A stretch of 64,000 bases of DNA from Botryllus schlosseri (taxonomy: Eukaryota): positions 26,040,001 to 26,104,000 of the forward strand of contig CM119382.1 in NCBI GenBank assembly GCA_051294905.1, read 5' to 3'. The stretch's first letter is position 1; each line of letters opens with the position of its first letter. A program made the translations under genes and the position numbers. Below are positions 60,636-64,000 of the stretch, piece after piece. The notes under the pieces are model-generated. The model did no database searches and was not told the DNA's origin. It saw nothing but the letters and a program-made list of their open reading frames with translations.

Positions 60636-61232
60636 TCTCTTCAATCTTTTCTATTTTATTCAGAACAATCGTCCATGCGTGAATTAAAGCTATACTCGGG
60701 ATGAGCGTATATGCCGATTGGCAACATCTCGTTCTGCCATATTCTCAGAACCCAAAATAGGGACGATTTTTCTCGGCGTCAAGCTCGGTCGTTACGAGCA
60801 AGAAAGTTACAATGACAGACGTAGAAACGGGAAGTTCAAACAGATTCTTCGGGTCGCGAGAGAGTCGACCTTGATTTTAATCAACACATCGTCAGTAGCT
60901 TGCTAGGTATTGACATTTTTCGTCTTCGATGTCTGATCGCATGAAAATCTCGTTGAAAGCATTTGGCATGCGTTGTATGAATTTCGTATAAGTGCATCGT
61001 TTTCTACATCCCGCATGTAGCCTTTATGTCGGGAATTTTGCGTTAAGATTGGTGAACCAACACCGATATTGTGGCGCGTCCGTAGAACATTGGTCGCTGT
61101 ATGCCTTGCATGCCATACCACAATGCATTCGCCGTACGTACATAATGAAACGATCCGTTTGTGAACTAAACATAAAATACGTGTAAACCTGTGCAATCTG
61201 TATCCATCGATGAAATGGCACGCGTACGGACG

Positions 61233-61305
61233 AGTTCCGTAGTGTAGTGGTTATCACGTCTGCTTAACACGCAGAAGGTCCTGGGTTCAAGCCCCGGCGG
61301 AGCTA
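61233..61305 (+). tRNA. tRNA-Val-AAC: tRNA-Val(AAC), A64G + A70G
   Basis: Same variant as 27758. Confidence 0.87.
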
Positions 61306-62062
61306 CTTTGACGCGTCTTCCTGTTCTATTTGGTAAAATCTCTGGATTATATATTAAAGCTTTAAAACCAGGGATGTTCGTATACACCGTAGGAAAATTA
61401 CTCCAGCATTCCTAAAACGATGGGAATATAATCCATTCCATTCGCATTTTAATTTAACGATTATTGATTAAATTAATTTGTTCGACACGCACTGGAAGTC
61501 ACGGCAATCATATGTGCTACAAAAGATCGAAATATCGTCCTCCGTCATCCACAATGGCTAGTGCACACTCTTGATAATTGACGTTCCAATCCGTATCGTT
61601 GGGGTCCAATCCTAATCTCATATCTGAAATCTTTACGTGTTCCAATTTTAATCCTATTCTCATTTTTGGGCTTCCTGGAAAAGTTACAGGAGAACTGTAT
61701 CGTGGGAAACGGGCCAGGCTTGCTGTACCGACATTTGTCGTCGTCGTGCTTGTTGGAATGAACTCTGACTCGATATGAAATGTACTTGCTTCAATTTCCA
61801 AGTTTCCCGAATTCAGTGATTTAATTCTTACCTAATCCGTAGAAAATTCCCATTCTAATGTAATTTGGAATATATGGAAGTTTGGTTCAACTCTGCTACT
61901 GCTATGCTGGAACGTGACGAAAAATTACGATAAAATAGTACTTCTAATGGCCGGTAGGCTACCTACAATTATTTCCAAGTGCATGTTTTATAAAAAATCT
62001 CCGATATTATCGGTGAAGCGATAAGCGGTCTCGGGTCTCAAAAGAAATTCCGGCGTCAAAGC

Positions 62063-62079
62063 TGCCGCGACCCGGGATT

Positions 62080-62118
<39 letters not shown>

Positions 62119-62135
62119 GACTGAGCTATCGCGGC
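62063..62135 (-). tRNA. tRNA-Phe-GAA: tRNA-Phe(GAA)
   Basis: Intact cloverleaf. Confidence 0.94.
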
Positions 62136-62143
62136 GATTCAGG

Positions 62144-62217
62144 TGGCCAGTACGGGGCTCGAACCCGCGACATTCGCGTTATTAGCACGACGCTCTAACC
62201 AACTGAGCTAACCGGCC
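62144..62217 (-). tRNA. tRNA-Ile-AAT: tRNA-Ile(AAT)
   Basis: Intact cloverleaf. Confidence 0.94.
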
Positions 62218-63214
62218 CATATCTACTTCGACGGACCGTGGCGTCATAAACCAATAAATGACGTGGAAATTTCAAAAATGTTCCTTTTATTTGGTTTGAA
62301 GTGTTTGCAGTTTGTTGATGGAATGCCGGGAGATCGCTGTCACAGTACAATCTCGTTCGGACGTTCGGATCAACTTCGTTTACCATACGCCAAACTCTAT
62401 CATGTCCAGAGGTTCGCATTGGAAAACTATCCTTAGTAGGTTCTACCCACGGGGTTCTTGAAGTATGGGTTGCGACTACGGCTGAGCAACATCGAGTACC
62501 TGAGTGATTCGATTCCGAATCACGTGATATGCTTCGAGTCGAGTATTCGAGTATCAATCATTATGACGTCACAACAAAATTTGATATGTCAAAGTTCAAA
62601 TGCCTGATATCCATCATATTAAAGATACCCTGGTATTTCTTCGACCGTACCAATTTCATTAAACTTTGTGACAATATTGTTGGTGGATGATGATTTCGGA
62701 AATGCTTTTCAAGAAACGGTCGTAACTTTGCACTACATGTTTCGTACGTTGCGATACGCCCAATAAAGGTTTGAAATAAGAATCGAAACCATGATTCTCG
62801 TTGATAAAATTAAATTCAGTAGCGAGGAGCGTATGATTTCTTTTCTTTTCGGACGTCACTGGGTTGGATGCAATAGCCAATAAGCGAGACATGCAGAAAA
62901 GTAGTTACAACAATATGGCACGATCATGAACAAACGTCGACTTTATGTTGCGCAAATTTGTTTGAATTCAAGATAAGATTTGTCCCACGATGGATTCTCT
63001 GGAAAACACTGTCGGAGACTGCTCGGATGATTTACTCTAGTATGACCGTTAAGCGCACGAAAAACGTTGGTTCGTGTATGTCCCGGAAAGCCCACCGTAT
63101 TTTCACAAGGGATGTGCTAAGCATACACATTCTGATAATCGGCTGGTAAACTCAGCAGAGCATTATAAACCTGTTTAACTTGAGCACATCGATGAATATG
63201 TGACGGTCGGTCCA

Positions 63215-63287
63215 AGTTCCGTAGTGTAGTGGTTATCACGTCTGCTTAACACGCAGAAGGTCCTGGGTTCAAGCCCCAGCGGAACTA
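63215..63287 (+). tRNA. tRNA-Val-AAC: tRNA-Val(AAC), chimeric, short unit
   Basis: CAC-type 5' flank; intact cloverleaf. Confidence 0.93.
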
Positions 63288-64000
63288 CTTTGACGCGTCT
63301 TCCTGTTCTATTTGGTAAAATCTCTGGATTATATATTAAAGCTTTAAAACCAGGGATGTTCGTATACACCGTAGGAAAATTACTCCAGCATTCCTAAAAC
63401 GATGGGAATATAATCCATTCCATTCGCATTTTAATTTAACGATTATTGATTAAATTAATTAGTTCGACACGCACTGGAAGTCACGGCAATCATATGTGCT
63501 ACAAAAGATCGAAATATCGTCCTCTGTCCTCCACAATGGCTAGTGCACACTCTTGATAATTGACGTTCCAATCCGTATCGTTGGGGTCCAATCCTAATCT
63601 CATATCTGAAATCTTTACGTGTTCCAATTTTAATCCTATTCTCATTTTTGGGCTTCCTGGAAAAGTTACAGGAGAACTGTATCGTGGGAAACGGGCCAGG
63701 CTTGCTGTACCGACATTTGTCGTCGTCGTGCTTGTTGGAATGAACTCTGACTCGATATGAAATGTACTTGCTTCAATTTCCAAGTTTCCCGAATTCAGTG
63801 ATTTAATTCTTACCTAATCCGTAGAAAATTCCCATTCTAATGTAATTTGGAATATATGGAAGTTTGGTTCAACTCTGCTACTGCTATGCTGGAACGTGAC
63901 GAAATATTCCGATAAAATAGTACTTCTAATGGCCGGTAGGCTACCTACAATTATTTCCAAGTGCATGTTTTATAAAAAAAACTCCGATATTATCGGTGAA

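Larger units (their letters stand above)
1..64000. repeat. Tandem tRNA gene array (Val-CAC, Val-AAC, Phe-GAA, Ile-AAT), 23 units, canonical unit 2,722 bp
   Basis: Same spacer and tRNA sequence recurs throughout. Spacing of the marker ORF MFEFK gives units of 2722, 2648, 3392, 3322, 1983 and 2710 bp. The array runs off both ends of the window. Confidence 0.98.
54650..64000. repeat. Tandem duplication with 5,305-bp period (3322+1983)
   Basis: Markers recur at +5305 to the window end; the second copy starts inside Val-CAC 59893. Confidence 0.88.

Noticed and set aside
505-63287. Suppressor or anticodon-switched tRNAs and tRNA introns
   Set aside because: Every copy read keeps CAC, AAC, GAA or AAT and has no intron
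248-63783. Many 60-140 aa ORFs repeated in each unit (MFEFK, MHRFTR, MILEY, MYTNIP and others)
   Set aside because: They are products of the repeat. Many use non-ATG starts, overlap on both strands or run antisense through tRNAs (LGLEPRTF is the T-arm), and copies gain stops and missense changes freely.
1-64000. CRISPR array or bacterial locus
   Set aside because: Repeat units are kilobases long with no unique spacers or cas genes; tRNAs lack encoded CCA and are eukaryotic type; a Gypsy element is present

Overview
Eukaryotic (animal-type) nuclear DNA. Almost the whole window is a tandem tRNA-gene macro-array of 23 units (first and last partial). The canonical unit is 2,722 bp: tRNA-Val(CAC)+, tRNA-Val(AAC)+, then a convergent minus-strand tRNA-Ile(AAT)/tRNA-Phe(GAA) pair separated by only 8 nt. 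I count 87 tRNA loci (18 Val-CAC, 25 Val-AAC, 22 Phe, 22 Ile), many carrying stem or B-box substitutions. Unit length varies (1,983, 2,648, 2,710, 2,722, 3,322 and 3,392 bp), mainly through unequal exchange inside the Val paralogues and a 70-bp indel. Higher-order duplications have offsets of 5,305, 6,688, 19,873 and 28,170 bp. One decayed island (about 2.66-9.26 kb) holds a Val-less deletion unit, a complete but defective 4,664-bp Ty3/Gypsy (Mag-like) LTR retrotransposon (3817-8480, minus strand, GTTCT target-site duplication, tRNA-Ser PBS) and a 175-bp (CT)n-tailed retroposon fragment with a 7-bp TSD. No host protein-coding gene is supported; the repeated short ORFs look spurious. The most intriguing unexplained signals are a 9-bp inverted repeat (CTTTGACGC) bounding the Val-AAC/Phe spacer, the terminator-less Ile-Phe dicistron, and reciprocal Val chimeras. 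All coordinates and variants were read by eye, with no alignment or database search.
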